Positions 26,501-37,527 of a DNA stretch of 64,000 nt are shown here, one piece after another; position 1 is the stretch's first letter; each line of letters opens with the position of its first letter. The stretch spans positions 25,854,001-25,918,000 of the forward strand of contig OX597823.1 of NCBI GenBank assembly GCA_951406725.2, read 5' to 3'. Both the position numbers and the translations under genes were made by a program. The notes under the pieces were generated by a model. The model ran no database searches. It was not told the DNA's origin and saw nothing but the letters and a program-made list of their open reading frames with translations. This DNA is from Octopus vulgaris. Taxonomy: Eukaryota.

Positions 26501-27369
26501 CATGAAGGCCACCCTATAAATTTTTGAAGCCATGATATTAACAACAAACAAAAGGAAAAGATGATCAGAGCCTACAAACACTGCAGATGTCAAGTAAGAG
26601 TGTCTTACTTTCATTTTCATACAAAGTAAACACATATATTCACAAGCTTATATACATATTATTGGATGGCCATTTACTCTCTTGAATTCGTCTGCCAACA
26701 AATTTTCTTTTTCATCAAACAGGATATTTAAAAATCACCCTCCTCACCAAGTAGGTTTCATTGAGTTGTAAGTTTAGTTGACAGCAATTTAACCAAAGAA
26801 AAGGTTGCATGAGTTAAATGTTAGCTCATTAGTGTGTGAGCTCAAGAATGACCTCACACACATACACATGTTGGTCCATGCACACACAAACAAACACACA
26901 AAATACAATTCCACAGAGTTTTCAAAGTGAACCTCTAAAAGAATCACTAAGCCAGCTCCCTGGAACTTGAAACAGCATCTTCAATGTACAATGAAATTCA
27001 AACTCAGGTAGAACAGGCAAATGTGGATCACATATCTTCAATTGCTGTGATGGTAGATGATGTCTACAAAAGTCTACAACTTCCAATCAACCTGGACTCT
27101 TTACTGTTGGGTCAAGATATCTCCCTGTCAAGATTTTGTGGGAACAACACTTGTAGCTGTGTCTGAGCAGTCCTTTCTAGAATTGGGAAGAGGTTAGAAA
27201 ATGTGCTTCAGTATAACTTATCTCAGCTCCTTCAACTGGCGCTTCACATCCACCTTTGTGAACAAAAGGAACAATCACCATCATCAGTATTGAATCTTGA
27301 AATATACTGAACTAGACAAATAAAACAGCCTTTAGTTGGAATGGTAGACATCATTCATCTCTTGGAAAC

Positions 27370-29420
27370 TGGTGTGCTTCAATACTGATATTGTGAAACA
27401 AGACTAGCTACTGAGGTTCGGCTGAAGAAAAACAATGCAAATCCATCAGAAGTGTTACACTTACATGGAGTAGGTTTTGCAGTCTGTAATGACCTCGTCA
27501 ATGGGCTACATAAATTATTTAAAGGTATTGCTGAAAGATTGATAACTCTCTGCTGACTGACAGATACAAGAGGCATCTGTATGTATGTGCCTGTACTTGA
27601 CACACACACAAAAGTTATGGAGGAATTTTATGCTACTTTACACTATATCCTATCCACAATACCAAAACAAGATAAAATAATCAAATTTCTGCAATGGCAT
27701 TAAAAGAGGGTTTGGAAAATGACATTCTGCTTCTAAGTGAATATGAGTATTATAACTTAGTAATCATCAATACACTATTTTGACAAGCAAACTGATACAG
27801 ATGCATAGCAACATTAATGACTAGTCCTTCAGCATTCAAATTACTCTGTCAAAACAAAGCTTATTTATTCACATTGTTTCGAATTGATCATGCATTATCT
27901 TGTACCCTTGAAGTTTATTTTTAAAATGACACTGTGTGGTAGGTGTAAGGGGCTAGATGTTGCCAGTTTGAACATAAAACAATATTTTTACCACACACGG
28001 CCAGTTTAAATGCTAAACGATTAAAGCACTGCATTATGATTGATTATCTTAAATGCTTGCATGGAGTAGGCTTTGAGGTCTTCAATGACTTGGTCAATGG
28101 GCTACAATATCTATGTACAAAGATGTGTGCCTAACACATCATGACAAGAGTTGATCATACCACCTCCTTGACAATGGCAATTCAGCTCATTTCAAAGCAT
28201 CATTGGCTGAAGAAATAATTTCAGTGAAAAATCAACACTGAGTCTCTCTGAAATCTAACAAAGGCAGGCAGAACAACATTAGCATTGCTTAAATGGTAAC
28301 CTGGCATCCTTCAACCCAGAACACTATGGAAAGTGTATGATGCAATTTCATAGACATCTCTGCAAAGTCCTTGGATTTACAATAAGGAAATACCAAAAAA
28401 TGGTTTGAGAAGAACAACATCTAATCAAGAAGCTGATAGAAAACAAAAGAACATTTTTCATTCCTACAAAAATGACAAGAATAACGAAGGCAAAAGAAAA
28501 CTTTCTAGCAAGCAAAGGCTGCAGTCTAGAATCAAACATATGCAATGAAGAACAATTGGTGGCAAGCCAAAACACTTGAAATCCAGGAACTGACTGACAT
28601 GCATGAAATCCAGAAACTGATTGACATTCCTTCAGCACAACTTATGCAATCTATGGTTCCAGGGCAATAGGAGCAACATTTGATAAACAGAAACTATATG
28701 CAAGCCTCTGTGTGTGTGTGTGTATGTGTGTGTTTACATTTAAGTCTTGTAACTTAGCACTTTGACAAGCATTACACTCGATGTGGATAACAAGACCCTT
28801 CAAGGTGGTGCCCCAGCATGGACCACAGTCCAATGAATGAAGCCAGCAAGAGTAAAAAAGAAAATTGTCATAACGGTTTCATCGGTTTTGCTTCAATAAA
28901 CAAGAAGTTGTTCCATCTAATCCACTATGAAGACAGATTATGGAAAATGTAGAGCACATACATTATCAGGGTAATCAAGTATCACAGAATGCGGACACTA
29001 ACGAGGAGATCCAACACCATATAAAATGTGTTAAAATAAACTTTGATCATCAGAAAAGAGAGGTGTAGTGACGATCATGAACTGAAACAAACAACAAAAG
29101 TTATGTTGTAGTAGTTGATGTTGTACAGTCTCCTCCGTGATTCATCTCCATAACCTGGAAATGTATCACAAGAGATATCTGAGGAAAAGCATGCACATCC
29201 AGGTACAGAAAGCACAGAAGAATGTCTGCTTGGTCTAATAAGCCAGTGTCTCCTACACTGAGCGTATGATTATGTAGCCTCGCCTTTGTTAGTTTGGCCA
29301 TGTTGTGCAAATGCCGGTCTGTCGGTTGCCCAAACGACTACTTCGTTAGCAGCTGAATAAACAAAGTGCATTCGGGGGTGGACAAAGGAAGACGTTCAAA
29401 GACATATTGAAAGGAAATCT
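27370..29420 (+). mobile_element. Older BovB-like RTE LINE remnant, heavily degenerate and interrupted
   Basis: ETRL, HGVGFAV, GIAERLITL, EEFY..L...L.TIPKQDKII endonuclease motifs near 27390-27690; GHVVQMP..RLPK..L...GGQRK.FKDILK C-terminus near 29290-29420. Confidence 0.6.
27825..28023 (-). mobile_element. Diverged copy of the piggyBac-like MITE
   Basis: ggccagtttaaatgctaaa, gccagtttgaacataaaaca and gcattatcttgta are reverse-complementary to segments of 37263-37482. Confidence 0.55.
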
Positions 29421-30236
29421 TCGTTGTCATTAGTTTAGCCTCTGATGCAATCTTGATCCAACAAACCTCCACAATCAAACGCGACGCAGTAATGATTTGG
29501 CTGCTATTTCAAGCAGATCAAGTAATAATGTAGAGTATCGTCTTTAGCTAGGATGAGTAGTTATTTTAGCTTAACCTCAGGTCAGTATTAATCCAATAGA
29601 CTTATAAATGTGAGTAGTAACGAAAGAATGCCGACTTATCAAAGGCACACCACCTTTGACCATCCTATCTTTATTTTTCAGGTCTTATTTAAATAAATGA
29701 CTGTTTTAAAATATTTCTGTAGATTTTAACAATGAAATCGATGTAGTGAAGGAAAACAAGCGGCTAGTTGAACGGCAGCAATGTATACACGTGCATCCAC
29801 ACTCACACACATGGCCAGAAGACTTCAAATCATACGGACTGGTCACGGTAGCAATACTTTTAAAACATGGGATGGTCACAGTTGGAACGCTTTTAAAGAA
29901 GGAGGAGCATTTAGAAAAGTGCATGCATTCGCGCGTCCGCATAACCCCATATGACCAAATGAATCGGACGTGTTACTTTCCATTTTGAATTTTTTTTTAA
30001 TCCTCATACGCTAAATTACTGTGATGACAAGCGTCCAGGTGTTCGGGCACCTGAATTTACTCCTAATTGAATTAACATGCGAAGTGATTGAAATATTCCC
30101 CAGACACGTGTAATTCTCTTAGAATCAGCGTCACAATGTGACGAGCACGATCTTTGAATTCATTTACACAAAAGTATATATATATTATCTCACACACACA
30201 TAAACAATTGCAAACATTATATTAATAATTATTTAC

Positions 30237-30312
30237 CTTGATTGTTCTTTAGGTCTCTTTGTTTCTTTCCAAAGTCTGATTTTAGCTTTATATAACTTAC
30301 GATCCAATTCAT
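30237..30312 (-). other. Possible first (coding or UTR) exon of a minus-strand gene
   Basis: Non-repetitive; ATG at 30312 opens MNWIVSYIKLKSDFGKKQRDLKNNQ and ends at a strong donor AAG|GTAAAT; CpG-enriched sequence upstream. No homology recognised. Confidence 0.25.
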
Positions 30313-30401
30313 TTATCACACAGTGTAAAGCAAGGAACGTTGGTTGCGATTGTTGCTATTATACTAATATTAATGCTATTACCAAAACTACTGCTACTAC
30401 T

Positions 30402-30468
<67 letters not shown>
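30402..30468. repeat. (GATA)n microsatellite
   Basis: Direct reading. Confidence 0.95.
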
Positions 30469-30469
<1 letters not shown>

Positions 30470-30849
30470 CACACTCACGCGCTTAAAAACCAAAACTATA
30501 TTTGGCGAGATCTACTGTTAAGCCTATATTTTATTATATATATACGTATACATATACATGTATATGTATATATACCACGAGATGTTTTTCTCGTGCAGTA
30601 ATAGTTTTGTTTGTCAAACTCTAACGATAACAAATGTGTTTACATGTGAATTACTAAACCAACGTGCTTCCCTTTCGCTTCTCTGTTTGTGTTTAGTTTC
30701 TCTTATTTCATATTTGTCCTCGTCGCGCGAGTTGCTTTTGATATTAATATTTTATAGAGTTGCGGGAGCGGGGGAGGTAGCTGATGAGGAGAATCACTTG
30801 GAGAGAGAGATATGGGTCGGAGGGGTGTGTTACGTCAAAGAATTGCGTG

Positions 30850-31615
30850 AGACAATGAGGAGGAGAAGGAGGAGGCTTAGTCAGAGATGATGGAAGGACG
30901 AGAGGATGATAACGGGAGAAAGAGAGAGAGGTCGAATAGGGGGAGTACTGAATGTCAGAAAAGAAGAAGACGAAGGGAAGGAGGAGGAGGAGCGGGCGAT
31001 AAGAAGAGGGGCGTTAGATAAACAGGAATGTATATGATAGAGTGAGAGGATATTGTCAAAAAGAGGAGGAAGATTTAACGAGGGGCAAGAGCTAATAAAG
31101 AGAGGGAGAATTGAAAGAATTATATAATAAAAAAAGGAAGGAAGGAAGGAAATAAATATACGATAGCTATTAAGGAGGGGCGGTAAGAAGAAGTGTTAAT
31201 AGATAAAGTAGAAGATTAATACGAGGAGATGAAAAGTAAAAGAGATTAAAGGTGATGGGGCAAGCTTGAAAAAAGAGATAATAGAACAAGAAAGAGTAGT
31301 AGGTGGATACTAGAGGAAAAAAAAAAAGAATGATGAATAGAAAGAGGGGGAGTCGAGGAAAGATAACTGAAAATACATTGAGAGAAAGACAGGCGAGAGG
31401 AGGGGGGATGAAAAGGAAGAGAGTAATTAGTAACTGAATGGATAACTCTTTGGGGGGGGGATAACTAGAAATAGGAGGAGGGAGAGGAAGAGAAGGAATT
31501 AGAGAGAAGAAGAATAAAAGAAGCAGGTGTGAGAAGAAAAGAAGTGGAGAATAATAAGAGAAAAGGTGTAACACATGGGAAGTGATAGAGGTGTGGCAAG
31601 ACTAGAAAAAAAATG
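30850..31615 (+). repeat. Long purine-rich (GA) low-complexity tract
   Basis: Strong A/G strand bias over ~760 nt. Confidence 0.85.
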
Positions 31616-31789
31616 AGGTCTCCAGTTTTGTAGTTTAATTCCATTCACATCTAAGGTGCGTCACAGGAATATAAATTACACAGATGACCTCGGTGGAATT
31701 TTAACTGAGAACATGAAGGGCCGTAATGTATTTTGTCCCATGCTCTGTAATTAAACTGTTTCTAATTAGACCTGAAATTTGAGTGAATG

Positions 31790-32950
31790 GGTTAGTCGTG
31801 ATAAATCGACTCCAAGTACTTAACAGGCACACAACAGGGAAAGGCAATGTTGACCTCAGTAGGATTTGAACTCAGAACGCAAAGAACCAGAAGAAAAACT
31901 GCGAGGCATTTTATCAGACGTCCTAATGGTTCTGCCAAACCACCACTCTTGTAAATAAATTATTAAGGAGGACAGTAGTGTTCCGATTTAGAAGAGATAG
32001 AACAATATCAATGTGAAAGAGAGAAAAAGGGTAAAAAAAAGAACAATGTAAACACTGAAGAGATTGCTCAACAAAAAATGACGGGGAAAGAAAAGGGAAA
32101 CGTGTAACTCCAAAGAGACCTGTGTCATGTAGTCAGAGCCAAATTAAGACCAACAATAGTTTTGCTCTTCATACTTCCGTTGTCTAAAAGACCCACTAAG
32201 ATATAATAAAGTCATTCTGATTGCTGTGTATGTCACCTACCAGATTCCAATTGTGTTATATTCCCTATTTTAAAGTATATCATAAACTTCTTCAGTGCTA
32301 TTATTAACGTTAGTTTTGGCAAAATCGTTGGAGCATCAGAAAAAATGCTGTGTAGTATTTTTCTGGCTCTACATTTTGAGGTTAGCTTTGCTTTTCATTA
32401 TTAGATGTTTTGATAAATCAAAACACCAGTGAAGTACTGGTATTTTATACCAATTTCCTGTTCCTCACTCCTCAAGAAACTTCATATCTTTTGCTTCTTA
32501 CTGTTACTATTGGTCTTGTGCCAAAATTAGGAAGAATTATTATTATTGTTGTTGGGGCAGTAAGCTGGCAGAATTGTTAGAGCATCGGACAAAATGTCAA
32601 GCAGTATTTCGTTCAGCTCTTTACATTGAGATCAAATCCTGCCAACCTTGTCTTTTCTCCTTTTGGCAGGGTCAATAGAATAAGTACCAATCAAGTATTG
32701 GTGTCAGTATAATCAGCATACCCATCATCTTTGAAATGACTGGCCTTGTGCCAAAATTTGAGAGAATTATCATTATTATTGTTAAGGAGACAAGCCAGCA
32801 GAATCATCAGCATGGTGAATGAAATGCTTGTCAGTGTTTCTTCTAGTTCTTTGTTTTGAGCTAAAATTTCACCAAGATGAACTTTGCTTTTCATTCTTTC
32901 GGGGTCACTAAAATAAATACTAGTTAAGTACTAAGGTTGATGTAATTAAT
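31790..32950. mobile_element. Cluster of diverged SINE family B copies in both orientations
   Basis: Repeated ggcagaattgttagagcatc / ctttgcttttcattctttcggggtc / aagtaccag motifs at ~31800-31950 (-), 32310-32460, 32555-32770 and 32790-32950 (+). Confidence 0.6.
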
Positions 32951-33025
32951 CTGCCAAAAGCATAGATTACCCATTTTATTATAACTAAACATACAAACAT
33001 TGATATATATATTATATATATACAT

Positions 33026-33260
33026 TGGGTCATCCCATAAATAATGCAGTTTTTTTAATTGCAAGAACTAAAAATTGGAGGGGGACAGGATTAACTACCT
33101 GCATCAACTTGCTATAAAAACAGGTAATAATTTTACCTTGTACTTATTCTTAGTTCAAGTTTTGAAGAATGCAGTTCAATTTTAACAGTTATTTTTTCAA
33201 AGCTATAATGGAAGTGACAAAGGAAGTTATTCCACATATTTTGTTTTATGAGTTCAACAG
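33026..33260 (+). mobile_element. Mariner transposon 5' fragment
   Basis: TIR-like ttgggtcatcccataaataatgc after a TA run; atggaagtgacaaaggaagttattccacatattttgttttatgagttcaac = MEVTKEVIPHILFYEFN, like mariner transposase N-termini. Confidence 0.6.
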
Positions 33261-34181
33261 TGTAACAGTCTGGCTGTGTTGCAATTCTCTACTGACCAGT
33301 CTGTTGCTTTATACCTGCTTCTGCTGATGATGATGAGGATAGTCATTTCAGAAAATATGTCAACACTCAATTATTCCACACCATTTTTTACTGGTTCACT
33401 AGACCAAAGAACGTGAAGTGCCTTTGCCTAGTTGTGCACTAGATTTTTTAACAGAACTTAAAAGCTAAGACTTCAGCCAGAACAAGGATTTGATGGAGGG
33501 TTCAGCAGCTGCCCTCAGCCATACATTGTCTATATAAATGGAATTCAAATTTATTCTCTTTCTCTCTACAGCAGAGCTCAGCTAGAGCAAGAAATTGGTA
33601 GGGAGATCAGAATTACCTCTCAGAGAAAAATTCAAAACTTTAATCTCTCTCTTTCTCCCTCTCTCTCTCTATCTCTCTCTCTATCTATCTATCTATCTAT
33701 CTCTATCTCTCTCTCTATCTATCTATCTACTTACCTTTCTACCTATCTGTGTACCTGTCTATATTCTCTTCCTCTCTCTTTCTTCAACTATATTCCATGC
33801 CTTTCTTTTATCTTAGCAACATTTTCCATAAACTCTACGTGTGTCGCACAAGACAACATTAATTTCCATAAACACGTGAATTACACACTACTGACCTTCC
33901 AAACATTCACATGCTCAACGTTATCACTAGAGCACATGTTAATTGAAACCTTGTTTTAATCATCATCATCGTTGTTGTTGTTGTCATCATTATTGTTTTA
34001 ACATTTACTTCCCTTATATTTGCATAGCTTAGATAAGGATATGTTGGGGACCAAGTTTTCTGCAGCCAGATGCCCTTTTTGTCATCACCCCCACTTCTTC
34101 CCAGATGAGGTAATAACCTCTCAGTCTACCAAATAACAAAAAACCAGAACCTGTTTTATGCGAACAATGGGAACAGATGAC

Positions 34182-34281
34182 ACCGTGTGAATGGACCTTT
34201 CCTTTACAAAGATTGTGCAACATATCAAGAAACCGTGTGAATGGACCTTTCCTTTACAAAGATTGTGCAACATATCAAGAA
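34182..34281 (+). repeat. Perfect 50-bp tandem duplication
   Basis: accgtgtgaatggacctttcctttacaaagattgtgcaacatatcaagaa twice. Confidence 0.95.
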
Positions 34282-34408
34282 GTTTGACAATCCTTTTTCA
34301 CAGTGGACTGCAAGCAAAAATCATCATCAGGAAGTCATTACTTACAAACCATCATTTACAAACTCACACACACACACATACACAAAAGATGGGCTCCTTT
34401 CAGTTTCT

Positions 34409-34637
34409 TATTTCTTTACTGCCCACAAGAGGCTACACACAGAAGAGACAAACAAGGACAGACAAACGAATTAAGTCAATTATATCGACCCCAATGCGTA
34501 ACTGATACTTATTTAATCGACCCCGAAAGGATGAAAGGCAAGGTCAACCTTGGCAGTATTTGAACTCAAAAAGTAGCAGCAGACGAAATACTGCTAAGCA
34601 TTTCGCCCGGCGTGCTAACATTTCTGCCAACTCATCG
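34409..34637 (-). mobile_element. SINE family B (tRNA-like head, Meta-domain-like core), nested in a family A SINE with TSD
   Basis: Minus strand gagttggcagaaatgttagcacgccgggcgaaatgcttag...gagttcaaatactgcc...gcctttcatcctttcggggtcgattaaataagt; 13-bp direct repeat cctttcagtttct at 34396-34408 and 34638-34650. Confidence 0.85.
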
Positions 34638-34921
34638 CCTTTCAGTTTCTATCTACCAAATCCACTCACAAGAGAAACTGTTAGGTTACATGGTCCCTCT
34701 AATCCTGTCTCACTGAAGATTATCCAACCTCTCTAAGAAAATGCATCCAGTATATGCTATAAAGTGGTTGGCATCCACTTATAGAAACCAAGCCAAATGA
34801 CACATATGAACACCTAGACTTTGAAGGCAGTAACCCCCTATGAGGAGTGATTTGGGCCATAACAATTCGTCTAACCCATACCAGCATGAAAAGTAAGCAT
34901 AAAATGATAATGATGCATATA

Positions 34922-35095
34922 TAGGTGCAAGCATGGCTGCATTTAAAAAGTTTGCTTCAGAACCACAAGGTCAGACATTCAGTCCTGCTGCATGGAAGCT
35001 GTCAGCTGGTACCCTCTACTGTATTGAAGGGCTGACCAATACTTTGTAAGTGAAATTGGTAGATGGAAACTGGAAGAAGCCCATCTTAGAAAGAT
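34922..35095 (+). mobile_element. SINE family A, diverged 5' half
   Basis: aggtgcaagcatggctg...gaccaatactttgtaagtgaaattggtagatggaaactggaagaagccc. Confidence 0.6.
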
Positions 35096-35544
35096 AGACA
35101 GACAGACAGACAGACAGACTGATTGACTGACTAATTGAGCAATTGGTTGATTGATTGACAAACAGGTGTGCAGATAGACAGGCAAATAACTATGTATGTG
35201 TCTGTGTATAGTTAAGGTATGAGTGTGTATTACTCCTCATCTAGACATTTGAGCACTAATTGTAAACAAAGTCCTCACTGTTCAGACAAAGGAAATCATT
35301 TGTTTGCAGCCCACTGCAAAAGCATATCTGGATATTTGTTGTTCAATAAACTGGGTATTGTCACCTTACATGGAGAAAATTCAGTCATAGTAAATTTTAC
35401 CCTAGCAAAGCCTCATCTGACCCTAACAAGCATGGAAGATTGAATGTTGAAACAATGAAGATGATAATGATGACAATGGTGACAGAAGTGTCAACATAGA
35501 CATTAATTTATTATTTTTGTCTCTCACCTTCCCTTTATTGAACA

Positions 35545-36002
35545 CTGCTTGCGGAGACCTGTTGAGGCAAGTGAAATCGAAATCAAATTCGATGACTGGC
35601 ATCCGTGCTAGTGGAGCACTAAGAGCACCATCCAAGCGTGATCGTTGCTAGAGCGGCTAACTGGCATCCATGCCGGCAGCACATAAAAAGCACCATTTGA
35701 GCGTGATTGTTACCAGTGTTGCCTTATTGGCACTTGTGCCAGTGTGCAGGTGGCACATAAAGAAAAAACACCATTTGGGCGTGGGCGTGGCCATTGCCAG
35801 TACCGCCTGACTGGCCCTCGTGCCGGTGGCACATAAAAGCACCCACTACACTCTCAGAGTGGTTGGCGTTACAAAGGGCATCCAGCTGTAGAAACTCTGC
35901 CAGATCAAGATTGAAGCCTGGTGCAGCCATCTGGTTCACCAGTCCTCAGTCAAATCGTCCAGTTCATGCTAGCATGGAAAGCAGATGTTAAACGATGATG
36001 AC
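35545..36002 (+). mobile_element. RTE 3' UTR and tail fragment
   Basis: Matches the reverse complement of 8826-9290; ends aaacgatgatga. Confidence 0.9.
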
Positions 36003-37148
36003 ATTTATATTCTCTACACAAGTTATAGCTGTTTTTTTCATATCAAATTGTTTTGTCTTTGTTATATTCTTGTATGTGGGGTGTCTCAGAATCCAAGATC
36101 AGCAGGTAGAATGTCACACAGTCACACATGGAGATATAAAGCAGGTAAGCCTTTTTAATTTCTTATGTGCACATATTCTGGTCATTGTACTATTCAGAAT
36201 GCAATGGTTATTCACAACACATTTTTCTAATGAGCTTCTCATCAAATAATCATTTAAATAGGCATAGTCATTATATAGCAGTCTTTCAGCTGTTGATGCA
36301 TAAAATAATGACTTTATTTAGATTAAAACAAATGATATATAATAATCAGTCAAGTGTAATCTAGGAGTAGGATGTGCAAGATAATTTGCAATGATTACCA
36401 GCAGTATTAATGTGCAATCCAACACAGTGATTACTGAATGTCTACTTGACTATGTGAATCAAATATTTGGCTCCTGTTCATTTTGAGGCAGTTTTCAAAC
36501 ACAAGAATATGTGATGAGAAATCCTTGTCAAATTAGGTTAATATCTAATAATAGGTTGAACTAATTGATTTCACTAAATAAATAAAAAAGACTGTCTCTC
36601 AGAGACTGAACGAATTGGAAATTGTGATAAGCTCCAGCATGCTACACAGAATAGTTACATTTGAAGAGCCTATGTGGAGCCAGTATGTGGTCATTCCTTT
36701 TGTTAGACATAGCAAGGTAAATCTCCCTCAAATCACTCTTTAACATTTCAAACTAAGAACACATAGTTCCTGATACACATGAAAAGATGGTTACAGCTGA
36801 AATGTCTTCAGTGATAGGTTTGCTCAATGAGGCTGACCTATGGTCTAAGATGTGAACAACAGCAACGTAGGCTAAAGAACAACATAACATTGTAGTGGAA
36901 TATCTTGCTCAGACACAATTCCTGGTCAGTTTAAGATGGTTTACACTTCACACTTGGAGCGTCTTTTCCTTATTCTGATACAGAATAAGGCATAGTGGTT
37001 AAGAGCGTGGGCTACTAACCCCAAGAATCCAAGTTCGATTCCAGGCAGTGACCTGAATAATAATAATAACAATAATAATAATAATAATAATAACAACAAC
37101 ATCGAAAAATACCTTAGGAATGAGAACCCAGGTTCAAAATTTTCCCAA

Positions 37149-37194
37149 GACACCTGATGAAGGCTGGAGGGTATATCAGTCGAAACGTTGTGTT
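37149..37194 (+). ncRNA. Minimal type I hammerhead ribozyme motif
   Basis: Stem I GACAC/GTGTT; core CTGATGA (37154-37160); one extra A; stem II GGCTG/CAGTC; GAAA (37182-37185); palindromic stem III AACGTT; predicted GUU cleavage after 37189. Confidence 0.75.
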
Positions 37195-37262
37195 AACAAT
37201 AAACAAGATGAGGATAAATATCCATCAAATGTAAATAATGTAAATAATTCCTCGTCTCTTAA

Positions 37263-37482
37263 CCCTTTAGCATTTAAACCGGCCATATCCGGCCAAAAGT
37301 ATTCTGCCTGTTTTATGGTCAAACTGGCCAGATCTGGTCTCTCACACCAACCCTACAATATCGTTTTAAAAATTAACAGCAACCTCATCAAAATCTCATC
37401 GCTACAAGATAATGCCTGATTAGTTCAAAACAGTTGGGTTAAAAAGGATTAATTTTGGTAGAATAATGCGAACACTAAAGGG
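37263..37482. mobile_element. piggyBac-like MITE
   Basis: TIRs CCCTTTAG...CTAAAGGG; flanked by TTAA (37259-37262) and CTAA (37483-37486); the empty site tctcTTAAatatagaa is seen in the copy at 59951-59966. Confidence 0.8.
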
Positions 37483-37527
37483 CTAAATATAGAACAGAAT
37501 AAAACTTTTGTTTTCTAACTACCTGAA

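Larger units (their letters stand above)
36989..37493 (+). mobile_element. tRNA-headed short retroposon carrying a minimal hammerhead ribozyme (family D), interrupted by a MITE
   Basis: A box GGCATAGTGG, tRNA-like arm gtgggctACTaacccc, B box GTTCGATTCC, (AAT)n linker, hammerhead at 37149-37194; 9-bp direct repeat acagaataa at 36980-36988 and 37494-37502. Confidence 0.75.

Noticed and set aside
31170-31574. 134-aa hydrophobic ORF resembling a membrane protein
   Set aside because: By-product of the pyrimidine-rich strand of a low-complexity tract
36989-37055. Possible tRNA-Ser gene (ACT anticodon-like loop, A and B boxes)
   Set aside because: No acceptor stem 5' strand, no long variable arm, no oligo-T terminator, and it lies within a TSD-flanked element; better explained as a SINE head
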